Positions 25,401 to 40,974 of a stretch of DNA of 64,000 nucleotides are shown here, piece by piece. How positions within the stretch are numbered: position 1 is the stretch's first letter; the number at the start of each line of letters is the position of its first letter. Both the position numbers and the translations under genes were made by a program. Below the pieces are notes generated by a model. That model was not told the DNA's origin and did not search any database. It saw nothing but the letters and a program-made list of their open reading frames with translations. Source of the stretch: Eledone cirrhosa (Eukaryota); NCBI GenBank assembly GCA_964016885.1, contig OZ024742.1:224874001-224938000 (forward strand), written 5' to 3'.

Positions 25401-28088
25401 GCAACTGATGTGGTAGTGGCGAGAATGGCATTAGACCATTTCTTCAATACGAAACACGAAGGTTGCATTGTCAGAGCTAAGGCGCGTGCTCTGAGAAACG
25501 AGGGAACCTAAGCTGTTTGATGGGCCCGCGTGGCAGAGGCGCAGTGTGGTAATAAAACCACGATTCGGTCTTTGACGGACCGAGCCGGGCACGAGCTGAG
25601 CGATTCCAAGAGGATGTGTGAGGCCTTTCGCCAACATTTTGCTCGATTGTTCGTGGGAAGTGGCGGATCAGAGATGGTTGCGGACTTCAGTCCCTACCTC
25701 GATAGCTTGCCGCAACTCTCGACGGCTGACGCTGGGTGCTGCGAAAGGCCAATTACTTCAGCCGAGATTCAGGATGCCCTTGTCGGCTGCATGAGGCGCA
25801 AGTCACCCGGTTTGGATGGTCTTCCCTACGAGCTTTACGTAAATATGCCAGACTTTTTCTCCAATCTCATCGAAGCCCTCTACTGCAACTGGCAGTAAAA
25901 CGGGAGTATTCCCAGTTCTGTGAGCCGGGCGTAGTGACGCTGATAAGGAAAGACGAGAACAAGAGGGACACGTTAGACAATTTCAGGCCTATAACTCTGC
26001 TCAACACAGAGTTTAAAACTTTGGCCAGGTTGTTAGCGAAGAGGTTGGCGCTTATCGTCGGGGATTTGGTGGGGTAGGCGCAAACTTACGCAATCCCAAC
26101 CAGGTCCATACACGACAACCTCCACCTAATGCGATACATCATAGAGAGGGTAGGGTGTAAACCTAGCTTCGGTGGGGCTCTGATCAATTTAGATCAATCG
26201 AAAGCATTCGATAGGGTCGACCATCGGTACCTGGAGGCTGTCCTCAAGGCGGCTGGCTTCGGCCCCGTCTTCAGAAGCTGGATCGCTGCAATGCACAGCG
26301 GCACCTGCTCGATGGTCAAAATTAATGGCCACCTCTCGGAACCGTTTCAGGTCTCCCGATCGGTCCGTCAAGGGTGCCCTCTCTCCTCCCTTCTGCAGGG
26401 CATCCCACTCGAACCGGGACGCAGAAAGGCTGTGTCGGCTTATGCGGACAACATCACCGTGATGGTGTCGGACACCTCAGAAATCGAGGTGGTCGGCAAC
26501 TTATTGGAGGAATATGAAAGGTTGACGGGAGCAAATCTTAACCCGGAAAGTCAGCGGGCTTGCAACTCGGCACCTGGAGAGGCAAGTCCATGCCGTCCAA
26601 CAGCGTCGTTAGGCGCTGCACGGACGGACCGGTAAAGTTGCTAGGGGTTTGGTTCGGGCCAGACCTCCAGGTGGATAAGAATTGGGATGAGGTGACGGGC
26701 AGTATAGCCTGTCTCACCCAGAAATGGGCTGGGATGAAGCTATCACTGAAAGGTCGGGCGGAGGTGGCGAACGCGTACATCGCGTCCGTTATCTACTACC
26801 GTCTGACCGTCGTCCCTTGCCCCCGTTCGCGCCTCGCCATCTTGGAGCGGCTCCTCTTCAAATTCTTGTGGAGGGGTCCATCTGCTGCCAGCACCCTCTA
26901 CGTGGAGGGCTGGGCATGCCGTGGCTAATGATGCGCAGGCACGCGCTGAGGCTGCGGCATCTCCAGATATTCTGCCTAAACGGTGAACAGGTGTAGTCGT
27001 CGTTTGTCAGACGGGCCTTTCCGCAGCTCGTTTCTTTGACTGACAAGAAGAGACCGAGACTGGGTGACTGGCATCTGGAATGTTGCCAGGCACTCACTGC
27101 CCTCTACCAGGCGGGCAATGCGGTCAGTGGAACTTCCACTCTCGAGTTCTATAGAGGATTAGTGGTGGGCAAGTGCGACGACGCACTCGGAGAAGCTCTG
27201 GGAGTCAACGAAGTCGAACTAACCAGTCTGTACCGGAGGACTTTCGAGCCGGGGTCGATGGATAATTTCCAAAATTCACTCGCTTGACAGTACTACCGAG
27301 GGAGCACTGCCGGTTCGAGATAAACTCTACAGGCACGGAAGTGCTGTCAGACGGACCTGCCCGAGATGCACGCAGAGCGACGAAACCGTTCTGCACGCAC
27401 TCGTCCAGTGTCCGTGCATTACTGACTTGTGGAGTTATGTTGAACAGCTGTTGTCGCGTGTAGAACGGATCCGGCTATCGGCCGAGTCCATAGTGAAGAT
27501 CGACCCGCCGCCTTCTTTTGACCAGGAAGGGCAGGCAATTTTCCTCTGTCTGGTGTCAGTAGCGAAAGAGGTTGTATGGTGGACGAGGTTGAAAGGACTG
27601 AAGACAGACACTTTTCTCTTCGGCCAATCCCTCATCAACTTATTTAAGTTTCACTTGGAAAGGAAGGTGAGGGTGGAGAGAGAAGTGCTGCCCCCCAGTA
27701 CATTTGCTGAAAGGTGGGTGAATGTGGCGAGAAGGGTCCGTGTGAGTGGGCCTACTCTGGTCATGCGGCTGTAGGTAGGTAAATTTGAGGAGGAGAGGGG
27801 TGCCCTTCCAGGGTGCTCTCGAAGCGTCGGGTCGTTCAGGACTGGTGGGGTACCTGAGTGAAACCTAGGTGGTCATCCCCCCCCCCCTCCTATTGGGGAA
27901 TTTTTTCTTGCTGTAATTTTATTGTTACTTTATTGCTACTTTGTTATTGTTACTTTGTTATAGTTATTCATATTATTTACTCGATTTTTCTGTAAAACTC
28001 CACTGTCCCAGTCTTTTGTATTGTCCCCTATATGTCGGCCCTTGTGGCCAATAAATGAGACCATTATTATTATTATTATTATTATTAT
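22483..28088 (+). mobile_element. Full-length decayed Tx1-clade LINE (P2) with (ATT)n tail
   Basis: ORF1 remnants 22688-24430 (TEGKRPQCF/CLRGKTHLRAFC); ORF2 remnants 24461-27774; ends cccttgtggccAATAAA then (att)n. Confidence 0.92.
24461..27774 (+). pseudogene. P2 ORF2 (APE + RT), multiply disrupted
   Basis: CLNVRGL, VSETK, KSPGLDG, LDQSKAFD, QGCPLS, AYADN; many stops, frameshifts and small deletions. Confidence 0.9.
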
Positions 28089-28089
28089 T

Positions 28090-28282
28090 TAGGGCGGTGG
28101 ATTGGTAGTATCGGTAGAGGGTCGGACGTCATGCTTTGACGCATAGAATTACGGCCCTTTCCATTCTGAGTTCAAATCCCATCGAGGTCAACTTTGCCTT
28201 TCATCCTTACGGGGTCGATAAAATAAAGTACCAGTAATGCACTGGGATAATTGCTAGCCTTGTGCCAAAAGTAAAAATAATT
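28090..28282 (+). mobile_element. Family-1 tRNA-derived SINE
   Basis: Full consensus head, core and tail. Confidence 0.88.
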
Positions 28283-31200
28283 ATTCTTTGAGTCTCAGTC
28301 ATTGATGTTATTTAACTGGAAAGTTTGTTGAAATGAATATCAAGCCGCTACCCTCAGCCTCAGATATCCAGCAAGCATGCCTTTTGAAGTGTTCCAAAAA
28401 GCGGGGCTGGACTAATCTTCTTTAACCATCCTTGGAAACTCTTTGAAATAGTATCTAGTGCGCCTATGACAATCGGGACGACCTTGACTTCATGGCAGTT
28501 CCAAATCCTTTTTACCTCCCCACTTTAAGTCCTGGTATCGGTTAATTTTCTCCCTCTCCTTTTCTTGCACTCTCGTTTCAAATGGGCAGGCTACATTTAC
28601 AATCAGGCACGATCTTTTTTCCTTGTCCAAAACCACCAGGTCAGGCCTATTGTGTTCTAATTTCTTGTCCGTCTGTATCCTAAAATCTCATAGCACCTTC
28701 ACCTGATCGTTTTCTATCACCGACTCTGGCTTATGCTCATACCACTTCTCAGAATGTGGTAAATTATTTACTTTGCATAGATGGCAGTGGATTACCCTGT
28801 CTATCACATCATGTCTCCAGCCTTTATAACATCTGGAACAAAGACACAGCCATTGAGGAAATGAATGCTGACGGGCTAGAACAAGATTTGGTTGATATCC
28901 TGAACTTAGTGGTAGATGAAATGAACAATGATAGTGGAAAACCTATGAACCTAAGATTTGTAGACAGGAAAAAGTTAAAAGAAACAACAGCTAAGGTAAA
29001 TAAAGTCATCCCATACCTTGAGGCAAGGAGCCTTCACCAATGCAACAATATCCTCAAAGCAACCCAAATGCGGTGAGGAGATTACTTGGCATAAAAACGA
29101 GAGGAAACAACAAACAAGAAAGACCAGAACCTTGGTGGAAGAAACGACTGAATGGTCAAATCAAGGAAATGAGAAAAGACATTGAAAAGTTTGAGTCATT
29201 ACTGAATGGGACATTACAAAACATAGACACTAAAGATAGATTGGAAATAAAATACAAAACTAGGGGGAAATAGCTAAATATTATCATAGAGGAACTGAAG
29301 CAACGCATTGTAGCAAAAAGTGCAAAGATTAGGCGGTATGAGAACAGAGTCATTCAGTATAGACAGAACCGCATGTTTGACAACAACCAGAAGATGTTTG
29401 GACAGCTTGAAGGGAAAGAAAGAGGCAACGACGTGATCCCTGAGGCGGAACAGACTAAGACATTCTGGAGAGGAATATGGGAGCAGGATGTTGAACATAA
29501 TGGTCAGGCAGTGTGGATTGAGACAGTTCAAAAGGAGATTAGTAAACAGGCGCACCAACAACCTGATTTGAATATCACAGTTGAAACTCTTAAAGGGCAG
29601 GCCAAAAAACTAACCAACTGGAAATCACCAGGCCCAGATGGTGTGCAAGGATATTGCATAAAAAATATAACATCCCTCCACCCAAAACTGACAGCCATGT
29701 TCAATGACTGCTTGATGTCGGGTGAGGTACCAGAGTGCTTGACAAAAGGTACCACAGTTCTGGTAATGAAAGACCGAATCAAGGGTAATGATGTTACCAA
29801 CTAAAGGCCCATCACATGTCTGTCCGTAATGTGGAAACTGTTAACAAGCATTGTGTCTGAGGAAATCTACCATCACCTCCACATAAACAACTTGCTACCG
29901 GACGAACAGAAAGGATGCCGGAACAAAAGACCCCGTGGTACAAAAGACCAGTTACTTATTGATAAGATGGTAATGAGAAATTGCAAGAGGAGGCACACTG
30001 GTCTTGCCATGGGATTACAAAAAGGCATTCGACATGGTACCTCATTCTTGGATAACCAAAAGTCTAGAGATCTTCAAGGTGGCAGATAACATCAGACAGT
30101 TGTTGAGCAAAAGTATGAAGTCCTGGGAAACAGAGCTAACATCGGGTGGAGAATCCTTGGGAGGCGTGAAGATCAAGAGAGGTATCTTCCAGGGAGATAG
30201 TTTGTCCCCTCTGTTGTTTGTCCTTGCCCTGATACCCCTGACCGTTATATTGAGAAAAGTGAGAGCAGGATACAAGTTGGGAAAAGGAGAGCTTACCATC
30301 AATCACGTCCTCTTCATGGACGATCTTAAACTCTTTGGGAAGAGTGAGAAGGATTTTGATGTACTTGTTGACCCTGTCCGTATTTTCAGCAATGATATAT
30401 GTATGGAATTTGGTATTAATAAGTGTGGAGTCCTAGTGATGAAGAGGGGTAAATTGAGCAGAACCAACGGAATCCAGGTACCAACAGGTGAGATGATAAA
30501 GGAAATTGACACTGAGGAGGGATACAAATATTTAGGTGTTCTGAAGGCAGATGACATCAAGAACAAAAAAATGAAGGAATTGATAAGATCTGAGTACATA
30601 AGGAGAGTAAGGAGCGTATTAAAATCACATCTAAATAGTAGGAATGTCATAATCATTGTTCATTTCATCTACCACTAAGTTTGGGATATCAACCAAATCT
30701 TGTTCTAGCCCGTCAGCATTCATTTCCTCAATGGCCGTATCTTTGTTCCAGATGTTATTTATTTCAGCATTCAGATCATTATCTGCTTCGAATGCTTCCT
30801 CAGGTCTCTCAACCTCTTCACCATCATTTCCCACTGGCTCGTTTGCCTGACATACTCCACTCTCCATTTCCAACTAAATCTCTCTGCTCAGTTCCTCCAG
30901 TTCCAACTCGTTTATCCATCCATTAGTTCTTATTACCCGAGCCTGTCCGGCCAATTTTTGTTCATCTAATTTAACTAGACCAATCTCGTTCCAGATGTTA
31001 TGCATCCGTTTCCTATAGCCTTTTTCCATGGGATTACTCTTCAGGTAGCATTTCATGACAGTTCTATTCAATTCTTTCGTCCAGTTGGTTCTTGTTCCTT
31101 TCCTTCTTCTTCTTCCTCCAACACCAGCAGTATTTGGATGACAGCCAGGTCCCTGCTGCTGGGCCAGGGAGCACTTGCTGGGTGAGAGTCTTTCACATGA

Positions 31201-31330
31201 CGTTCCAGTCTCCTTTTCATCGTTATTCGAACTGTTCGACATTTAAACGCTCATATCGAGGATTGATGAATGTATGGTTACATAACCACCGGTGATTTCA
31301 TCCGCTGACTGTATAATATCAAAGCATTTA
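28283..31330 (-). mobile_element. R4/Dong-type non-LTR retrotransposon (RT + restriction-like endonuclease) with inverted centre
   Basis: Minus 31242-30652: N-terminus (WTKELNRTVMKCY..GYRKRMHNIW). Plus 28826-30651: RT ([37 protein letters not shown]). Minus 28820-28310: RHD..KWYEHKP..NRPDLVVLDK..VVPIVIGAL. Confidence 0.82.
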
Positions 31331-31538
31331 TTTATAAAGTGGGTATTTCCGCATTTAATAGTGGTACCGGTTTCAGCATTATATGCTTTTTCAACGAGGG
31401 AAGTGTAAAGTGCATTTAAATTGCATATTTATACGAATAATAATAAAGCGGAGAAGAAAATTATTAGTTTTTACATACATATTTAGAGAGGAAAGTTCAT
31501 GTTTCTGTCCGAGGTTCTCTTTCGCTCCCTACCCCCTT

Positions 31539-31627
<89 letters not shown>

Positions 31628-31743
31628 CATCGCCACGCCGGTTTCGTAAATTAGAGCCATTCCAAAGCTTAAAAACGGTTATAAATTGTTTGCACGAGAA
31701 GTGGTCGTTTGATGTTGATGAAGTACCAGTCAAATACTGGAAA

Positions 31744-31823
<80 letters not shown>

Positions 31824-32374
31824 CCTCTCTCTTTCTTTCTCTCTCTCTCTCTCTCTCTCTCCCCTCTCTCTCTGTGGTGACATGGAGATGGATAGTCACC
31901 ATGAGGTTTAAATGTCAAGACACGCCAAGTATTAAGAAACCATAGATTAATGGGGGGGGGGAGACGACTCGTTTGCAGGCATATACATACACTTTAGTAC
32001 ACCCACCTTCACAAACATTCATTTAAACACACATAAACATATGCGTATAGAGATGCACACTCACATGCATACGTACGTAGATGTATACATGCGCACAAGC
32101 ATCCATACATAAGTACGTCGTACATACGTACGCATATACATGTGTATGAAAGCTTATGCACACGTACGTAAATTCATACGTATAAACATACTAACACAGA
32201 AATATAGATATATGCATACCTATAAATACACCTCCGTCGATTGCGACGACGAGTGTGCAAGTTGATTCAATCAACGGGACAACCAGCTCATGTAATTAGT
32301 GTGAAAGTGGCTGAGCATTCTATAAACATATATATGTATCCTTAACTCAATTTTCAGTGCTATACAGCGTGTAG

Positions 32375-32650
32375 TGGTGGCACGTGTGTCTAGTGGTAAA
32401 GGTGTTGGACTTACGATTATAACGTCATGGATTCGATTCCTGGATTGTGTGTTGTGTTCTTGAGCAAAACACTTCATTTCACGTTGCTCCAGTATCTCAG
32501 CTGAAAATGAGTACCAGCAATAGCTAGGGGTTTAACCCTACGATGGACTGGCGTTCAGTCCAGGGGGAGTCTCGTACTCTAAGTCGCTTCACGCCATGAA
32601 ACCGGGATAAGCACCGGCCAAATGAGCCTTCTGCCTTAAGACAGACTTTA
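32375..32650 (+). mobile_element. Family-2 (CORE-like) tRNA-derived SINE
   Basis: tctagtggtaaaggtgttggact..gattcgattcc, then ttcttgagcaaaacacttc; an inverse copy lies at ~60285-60460. Confidence 0.7.
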
Positions 32651-32927
32651 GACTTTATATAGTATGTCAATAAAGCCTTACTGCTTCAATTCTAAAGGTC
32701 ATTCTGCATTTTATATTACCCCTTCACCTAGTAAATATCCTTCTCTTCCCTTTTTTTCTTATTTAATCTATAATTACTTGTCAGAGTTCATTTCAACCCA
32801 CTATAGGTATGCACGTATATATTTTTGTATTTATATGTATACATAATTTTGGGGCGTGTATATGTGTATATAAGTGCATATTTATAATGAATTTAACTAA
32901 AAACCTAACATGCCAACCTCATTTGAA

Positions 32928-33140
32928 TAATGATTTCTACTGTAGGCACAAGACCAGCAATTTGGGGAAGGGGAAAGTCGATTAAATCGACCCCAGTGCA
33001 TTACTGGTACGTTATTTTATCGACCCCGTAAGGATGAAGGGCAAAGCTAACTTCAGAGGTATTTGAACTCAGAAGCTAAAGGGCCGTAACTCTATGCCAC
33101 AAAGCATGTTGTCCGATGCTCTACCGATACTGCCAACACG
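32928..33140 (-). mobile_element. Family-1 SINE (long variant)
   Basis: Reverse complement of the consensus, including ttttatcgaccccgtaaggatgaa and ctctaccgatactgccaa. Confidence 0.85.
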
Positions 33141-33764
33141 TCCTTTGGGCCTGACACGGACTTACTCACATTTAATTAAATTAATCTTAAGATAAAATAA
33201 CAAATTTTGGTTGAGCATTATGATGTTACAATTTGAGACCTATACCGATTACACTGTATACACCGTAATCATAAGTGTAATGATATGCGCGGCCATTTAT
33301 GAATTATAGTATATATGTATATATAGGAATATTCTTTTGCTGGTGTGATTCATATTAAGAATCTGCACAGTCGAAAGCACTTTCCTAAACCAACACCGTT
33401 TATTACACGGTGATCCTTAATCATTAAGTAACGTAATTATAAATAGCCATGCTCTAACGCAGGATATAAATTAAACAGACTACTTTACGCCAAAATACAC
33501 CGCCCCGTAAATATTACACCATTGTCCTGATTTGAACTTGCCGCATACGTGCATACCCAGCATGCCGTCATTATCAAGCCATTTTATGTTTTCTACTCCT
33601 GATTTTCTGTTATATTAGAGTAAATAACTTGATTAATAATAATTAGGTACTTACCTATTGCACAAGTATTAATGCAAAACTACTTAATTACTAAAAACAA
33701 AATATGTTTTCGCTCTAACATGGCGGATACATATATGTATTCGTGAGTGAATAATAGTATTATT

Positions 33765-34100
33765 ATAATAATTGTTTCTACTAATGGCACAAGGCCAGCA
33801 ATTATTCCAGTACATTACTGGTACTTTATTCTATAATATTATAATATTATTATAATAATTGTTTCTACTAATGGCACAAGGCCAGCAATTATCCCAGTAC
33901 ATTACTGCTACTTTATTCTATAATATTATAATAATATTATAATTGTTTCTACTTTTGGCACAAGGCCAGCAATTATCCCAGTACATTACTGGTACTTTAT
34001 TTTATCGACGGGATTGGAATTCAGACCGTAAAGGGCCGTAACTCTATGCTGCAATGGTTGCGGACTGATGCTCTACCGATACTGCCAATCCACCACCCTT
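33765..34100 (-). mobile_element. Family-1 SINE with triplicated 3' tail
   Basis: aattgtttctac..ggcacaaggccagcaatta..tactttatt occurs three times at ~85-bp spacing; head at ~34010-34100. Confidence 0.85.
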
Positions 34101-34424
34101 ATAATATTGATAATATTATTATAATGATATTATTAATATTCGGTTCGTTTGCAAGCAAAAAGCCTCATAACACCATGTGTGTTTTCTAGACGACTGACGT
34201 CATCCGTTTGTTCCAGCGGTAGCAGATAGATAATAGTCTTCAACCGTAAAAATGTTAATCTTCGGAAGACTATTTCAATTGTTTTGAATTCCTTACCTGC
34301 TGTAAACATTAAGCATGCATTGAGATTTTCTCACCTTACCAAAATTAGTAGTGGAATGTCCCATTATAATCATATATACATATATACATACATATATATA
34401 TATATATATACATACATACATAGA

Positions 34425-35490
<1,066 letters not shown>

Positions 35491-35653
35491 GTATATACAT
35501 ACATATGCCTATATATATATATCATACACAAAACGCCAGCATTAACAGTTTTCCAAGAGATGCCAAATGAAGGGACCTGTTATTTCTATCTAAAGACATT
35601 TTTTCAAATTCCACCCCACCCGTCCCTTCAATATATCTTATTTCTCATTCTTT

Positions 35654-35687
35654 CTTCTGATGAAGGACTAGCGTCCGAAACGTTAAG
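35654..35687 (+). ncRNA. Minimal hammerhead ribozyme
   Basis: ctt-CTGATGA-a-ggac-tagc-gtcc-GAAA-cg-TT-aag. Confidence 0.75.
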
Positions 35688-35804
35688 CCCCTCTACCTGC
35701 TATTTCAAGCGTTAACCTAATATATTCCTTCCATATACTGTACCGATTGTGTTGTTATTTCTGTTTTTCTTTTAAATACATATATATATATATATATATA
35801 TATA

Positions 35805-35951
<147 letters not shown>

Positions 35952-36147
35952 ACAGAGTGTGTGTATGTGCGTGTGTGTGGTGTGTGCGTGGATGCATGTT
36001 AATGATGCTACACAAAAGACACAAGGAAGGTGATTGGCAGAACTAAACAGGTAGACAAATGACTAATTATTAAATAAATAAATAAAATGAATAAATAAAT
36101 AAATAAAAACAAATGAGAAAGAGAGTAGTAGAGGAAATGAGAGTAGT

Positions 36148-36210
36148 AGTGCTGATGATGCTGTCCTGCACCAGAGTGAAACGCTGATGCTATTCAGTTC
36201 AGTGTATTTC
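36148..36210 (+). ncRNA. Possible decayed hammerhead
   Basis: CTGATGA(36152)..GAAA(36178)-cgctga..tcagtg-TA; good helix III but poor helix I. Confidence 0.4.
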
Positions 36211-36422
36211 AAGAAAGTAGATGTCACTCATTGTAGCCATCTTTATTGTGTGCTAGCGTGACAGAATGTATATCAACGGATCAGGTGGCCGCTTATGTTC
36301 TTGTTGTTGTTCTTGTTTTCGTTGTTTTGTTTGACGGTTTTAAGATTGTAGCCCCATCCCGCCAAATTAGGAAGTGTTCACCTGTCCATCTTAGCCTACA
36401 ACATTGGCTAACAGAAACATAC

Positions 36423-36516
<94 letters not shown>

Positions 36517-36605
36517 TATATATATATGTGCGTGTGTGTGTGTGTGCGTGTGCGAGTGTCTGTGCGTGTGTGTGAGTGTGTGTGCGTGTGTTTATGTATG
36601 TATAT

Positions 36606-36648
<43 letters not shown>

Positions 36649-36914
36649 GCACATGTGTACAATGAGATAACGAACATGTGTGTAAGTTGGTGGCGATGAA
36701 GGGGATAATCAATTACAAATTTACCCGAAACTTATATGTACTTCTGATGAATCACCCACCTCTCTCTTATATATATATGTGTGTGTGTGTGTGTGTTGTT
36801 GTTTTTGCCGACAATAAGTAAGTGACATAGTCACTACTTTAAAACTAATAGTGAATGGTCTTCAAAATGTTTTAATTAAACATACAGTATATTGCCAAAT
36901 ATACTATACATACA

Positions 36915-37107
<193 letters not shown>

Positions 37108-37419
37108 AAAACAAAATTTGTTTTCGCTCTTAACATGGTGGATACTTAAATGAATTCGTGAGTAAATAACAATAATATTATAATAATATCACAATATCAT
37201 TAATATTCGGTTTGTTTGCAAATAAACAGCCTTTAGACACCATGTGAGTTTTCTAGAGGAACAACTTCATCCTTTTGTACGAAGGGTAGCCGAGAGAAAA
37301 CAAACGACAATATTGTTTCGGGGTGTTTTGCTCCTTATCAAGATTGTGTATTCTCTTCTCTGCTATTCACTGAAACTGTTCAGATACATAGTATTCTCAA
37401 ATGTATGCATCGGCTGATT

Positions 37420-38770
37420 AGCCTCATTTGCATACTGTTATTCATCTAGAAAACACACCTATACCAACGTATCCGATGTTTCCTTTGCGGGTCCATCTAC
37501 ATCAGACAAATATGCCGCTATTTGGTGGACCGATTCGCCGAACATGTAATGACACTCCTGTTACTCGTCACTTCCGTTCCACCAACCACTCTACCCACCA
37601 CCTCACTATCTCAGGCCTCATTTTACACCACGGATCCACAACTACTCGCACCAAGACCGAACAGAACTTAATTTTCCTTCTTGGAACTACTTTTCTCAAT
37701 ACCCCACTCCATCCAGTTTCCGTAAACTCCCTTTATTCTTGCTCGCACACAGAAACACACGCCAATACATACATACAACTCCAGCCATCACACAATACAT
37801 ACCCACATTTACAACATCCATATACATACCACCAAAAACACATCTTCCTCTGCATACATGTTACCATCAAAATCTTACACTTTCTGATGCATCCACAAGT
37901 ATGTGCACCGGCCCGTACACACCACTGACACACATATTCCAGGGCTCACGCTTGAGGGTGCATGTGTGCTTGTAACTCTTGCACACGCGTCTGTGATTGC
38001 GTGGCGCCGTTGGTGTTAAAGGTTTCCTAACATTTACTCCACCTCCACCACTTCCCGGCTCTATTCACCCCCACGCACACAGTGACATCACACTTTGTAG
38101 CTTAGCTGTTTTCTGTTGCACTACCATATCGCCGTACGCGACTCTAAGCAGCTTCTCTTATGACCATACCACGTGAACATTCATATTCGCTACCACCTCT
38201 TTTTATACATATCCCCTTTCGACTGCTACTATGTGTGTGTATGTGCGTATATGTAGAAATTCATATACATTCCTTTACATCCTCCTATGTTGGTCAGTTC
38301 ACGTGCACACGCTCACTCATACATCCTACCTCTCACAAGAGCCAGCCTTTCAAGTTCCAACGCCCGTCCTTCAAACATACGAACACACATACACGCGCGC
38401 AAACACACAAGCACATACATACACGTACGCATTCACATACACATAAACACACGCATATGTCCCCCCCCCCCCCATATATACAACGATTACCTCCCTTTCT
38501 AAACCTCTCTAACGCGTAAGATTCCCTTAACAGAAAATCTCCAAAATGACTGACTGAATACTTTTTTCCCCTTTTTCTCTTTTTTCCCGTTCTTTCATCT
38601 TCTCACTCTTTACCTTTCTATTTTATCTCTATTTCTAACTCTATCTTCTGATGAAGGACTAGTGTCCGAAACGTTAAGAATCTTTTCCTTCTATTTTAAG
38701 CCTTAATCTAATATATTTCTTCAATATACTGTGTCGTTTGTTTTGCTATTTTTGTTTGCTTTTTACATAC
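37420..38770 (+). mobile_element. Decayed Penelope-like (Neptune-type) 3' fragment: GIY-YIG remnant, 3'UTR and hammerhead pLTR
   Basis: From 37468 reads RIRCFLCGSIYIRQICRYLVDRFAEH, then in another frame PVTRHFRSTNHS..RTKTEQNLIFLLGT; 38630-38770 resembles 35640-35775. Confidence 0.7.
38644..38679 (+). ncRNA. Minimal hammerhead ribozyme
   Basis: tctt-CTGATGA-a-ggac-tagt-gtcc-GAAA-cg-TT-aaga. Confidence 0.8.
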
Positions 38771-38789
38771 ATATATGTACACACACATA

Positions 38790-38830
<41 letters not shown>

Positions 38831-38836
38831 ACATAT

Positions 38837-38908
<72 letters not shown>

Positions 38909-39133
38909 GTATAGTGGTAGCTATGGTGCTATGCCAAAATTAGCACTCGATATTCATCAGAGTAGAGTGATAAAATTTGCTCCGGACATAACACCCGTGT
39001 CTGAAAGAACCCGCAGAAGTAGAATTAGCCAAATCCATACAAGGACCATGACTCGAGCTACATGCCGGCGAAACATTTGTAACACGAAATAAACTAAGTC
39101 CAGATGCATCACTGATTTTTCGTTTTCTTTATA

Positions 39134-39168
<35 letters not shown>

Positions 39169-39177
39169 TATAAATAT

Positions 39178-39263
<86 letters not shown>

Positions 39264-39302
39264 TATATATATATACACACAAATAATATAAATATATATA
39301 TA

Positions 39303-39360
<58 letters not shown>

Positions 39361-39365
39361 ACACA

Positions 39366-39410
<45 letters not shown>

Positions 39411-39732
39411 AATAATATATATATATATATGAAATACTGTTGGCTTCACGCTCACAATAATTTCTATACTTTCGTTTATATATATATATATATATATATA
39501 TAAATTTTGAGTACATGTTGGTTGTTTACCGACACCTCACCATGCAGAATGGAGCACTCGACGAAGTACGCAGGCTGGTTTGTTTACTCCGGAGTAATAT
39601 AAAATAATTAAGTCAAATCATGATTCCAGTTCTTCAGAGAAATAACAACGCAACCAGGAGCTGGACATATCGGAGTATTGACGGAGTAAAACACACTTAA
39701 CATGTGTGCCCGTCTCTACCACACCAATTCGG

Positions 39733-39787
39733 ACTGCCTGAAGACGTCACAGCCAATGATGGCTGTCACCGAAATATATATAGCAGT
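39733..39787 (+). ncRNA. Type I hammerhead ribozyme (same family as 1168)
   Basis: actgc-CTGAAGA-cgtcacagcca-atga-tggctgtcacc-GAAA-tatata-TA-gcagt. Confidence 0.82.
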
Positions 39788-39848
39788 ATATCTATAATTT
39801 ATAATAAACGAAGCCAAATTTTACCCATTTGACTTAATTACTTTATAT

Positions 39849-39941
<93 letters not shown>

Positions 39942-40061
39942 AAAATGGAACGGGAACAAAACAGAGAAGCAGTACGAACAAAGGTTTATTAGTTTTACGC
40001 TCTTGAATATTTACCCTCTTGAATATTAACAAAATTAGACATTCGTGTGATCAAGTATATT

Positions 40062-40120
40062 TTATTATACATATTTCAGAGGTACTGAGCTATCTTCAAC
40101 AGTACGTCCTCATCAGATAA
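40062..40120 (-). ncRNA. Type I hammerhead ribozyme
   Basis: Minus strand: ttat-CTGATGA-ggacgtactg..cagtacctct-GAAA-tatgta-TA-ataa; enclosed by a short inverted repeat (~40022-40050 / 40170-40198). Confidence 0.7.
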
Positions 40121-40301
40121 AATAAGATGATGCATGACATACCCTGACTAAGTAGATGGTTAAGATTCAGTCACACGAATGTCCATTTTTGTTAATATTT
40201 TAAATTAATATTAATAACTCCGGAAAACCATAACTGTGGAGTGCTTCCAATCTATTGTAAAACTCATTCTTTGATTTATTCATTGAACCTAGTTTAACCT
40301 T

Positions 40302-40345
<44 letters not shown>

Positions 40346-40734
40346 TTATATAAAAGCCCTCTCTTAACGTGTATGCACGACCTTAAGTTGCGAGATCCAA
40401 TTATAGCTGCCACTGTGTAGTGGAGAGCGGTTCTAAACTGGCCTCTCTCGTCAGACGTAGTAACAAATTTAAAGGAAAAACAAACTTTACTGTATGATTA
40501 ATGCCCATAGTTTGTAAAGAGTTCCACTCAAATACAAAGGGGAGTAACTCCCAAATTCACAACTGCTCTGTATCTTTCTACTTCTCCTGCCCTCAATCTA
40601 CTTTCTATACTTCCACTTCTTCCTGTCCTCAAATTGTTTTTTATATTTCCAGCTTGTGTTTCCACTTTTCCTAGCTTCAATCAGCGATTTTTTTTAACAT
40701 TAAAACCTGTTGCCATCCGTGGTTTAAAAAAGGG

Positions 40735-40736
40735 TC

Positions 40737-40769
<33 letters not shown>

Positions 40770-40830
40770 TCTCTCTCGTCTCTCTCTCTCTCTCTCTCTC
40801 CCTCTCTCTCTCTCTCTTTCTCTCTCACTC

Positions 40831-40928
<98 letters not shown>

Positions 40929-40950
40929 CTCTATCTCTCTCTCTCTCTCT
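40735..40950. repeat. (CT)n microsatellite
   Basis: Direct reading. Confidence 0.97.
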
Positions 40951-40974
40951 ACTGCGTGAGTAGCCTTCTATCTC

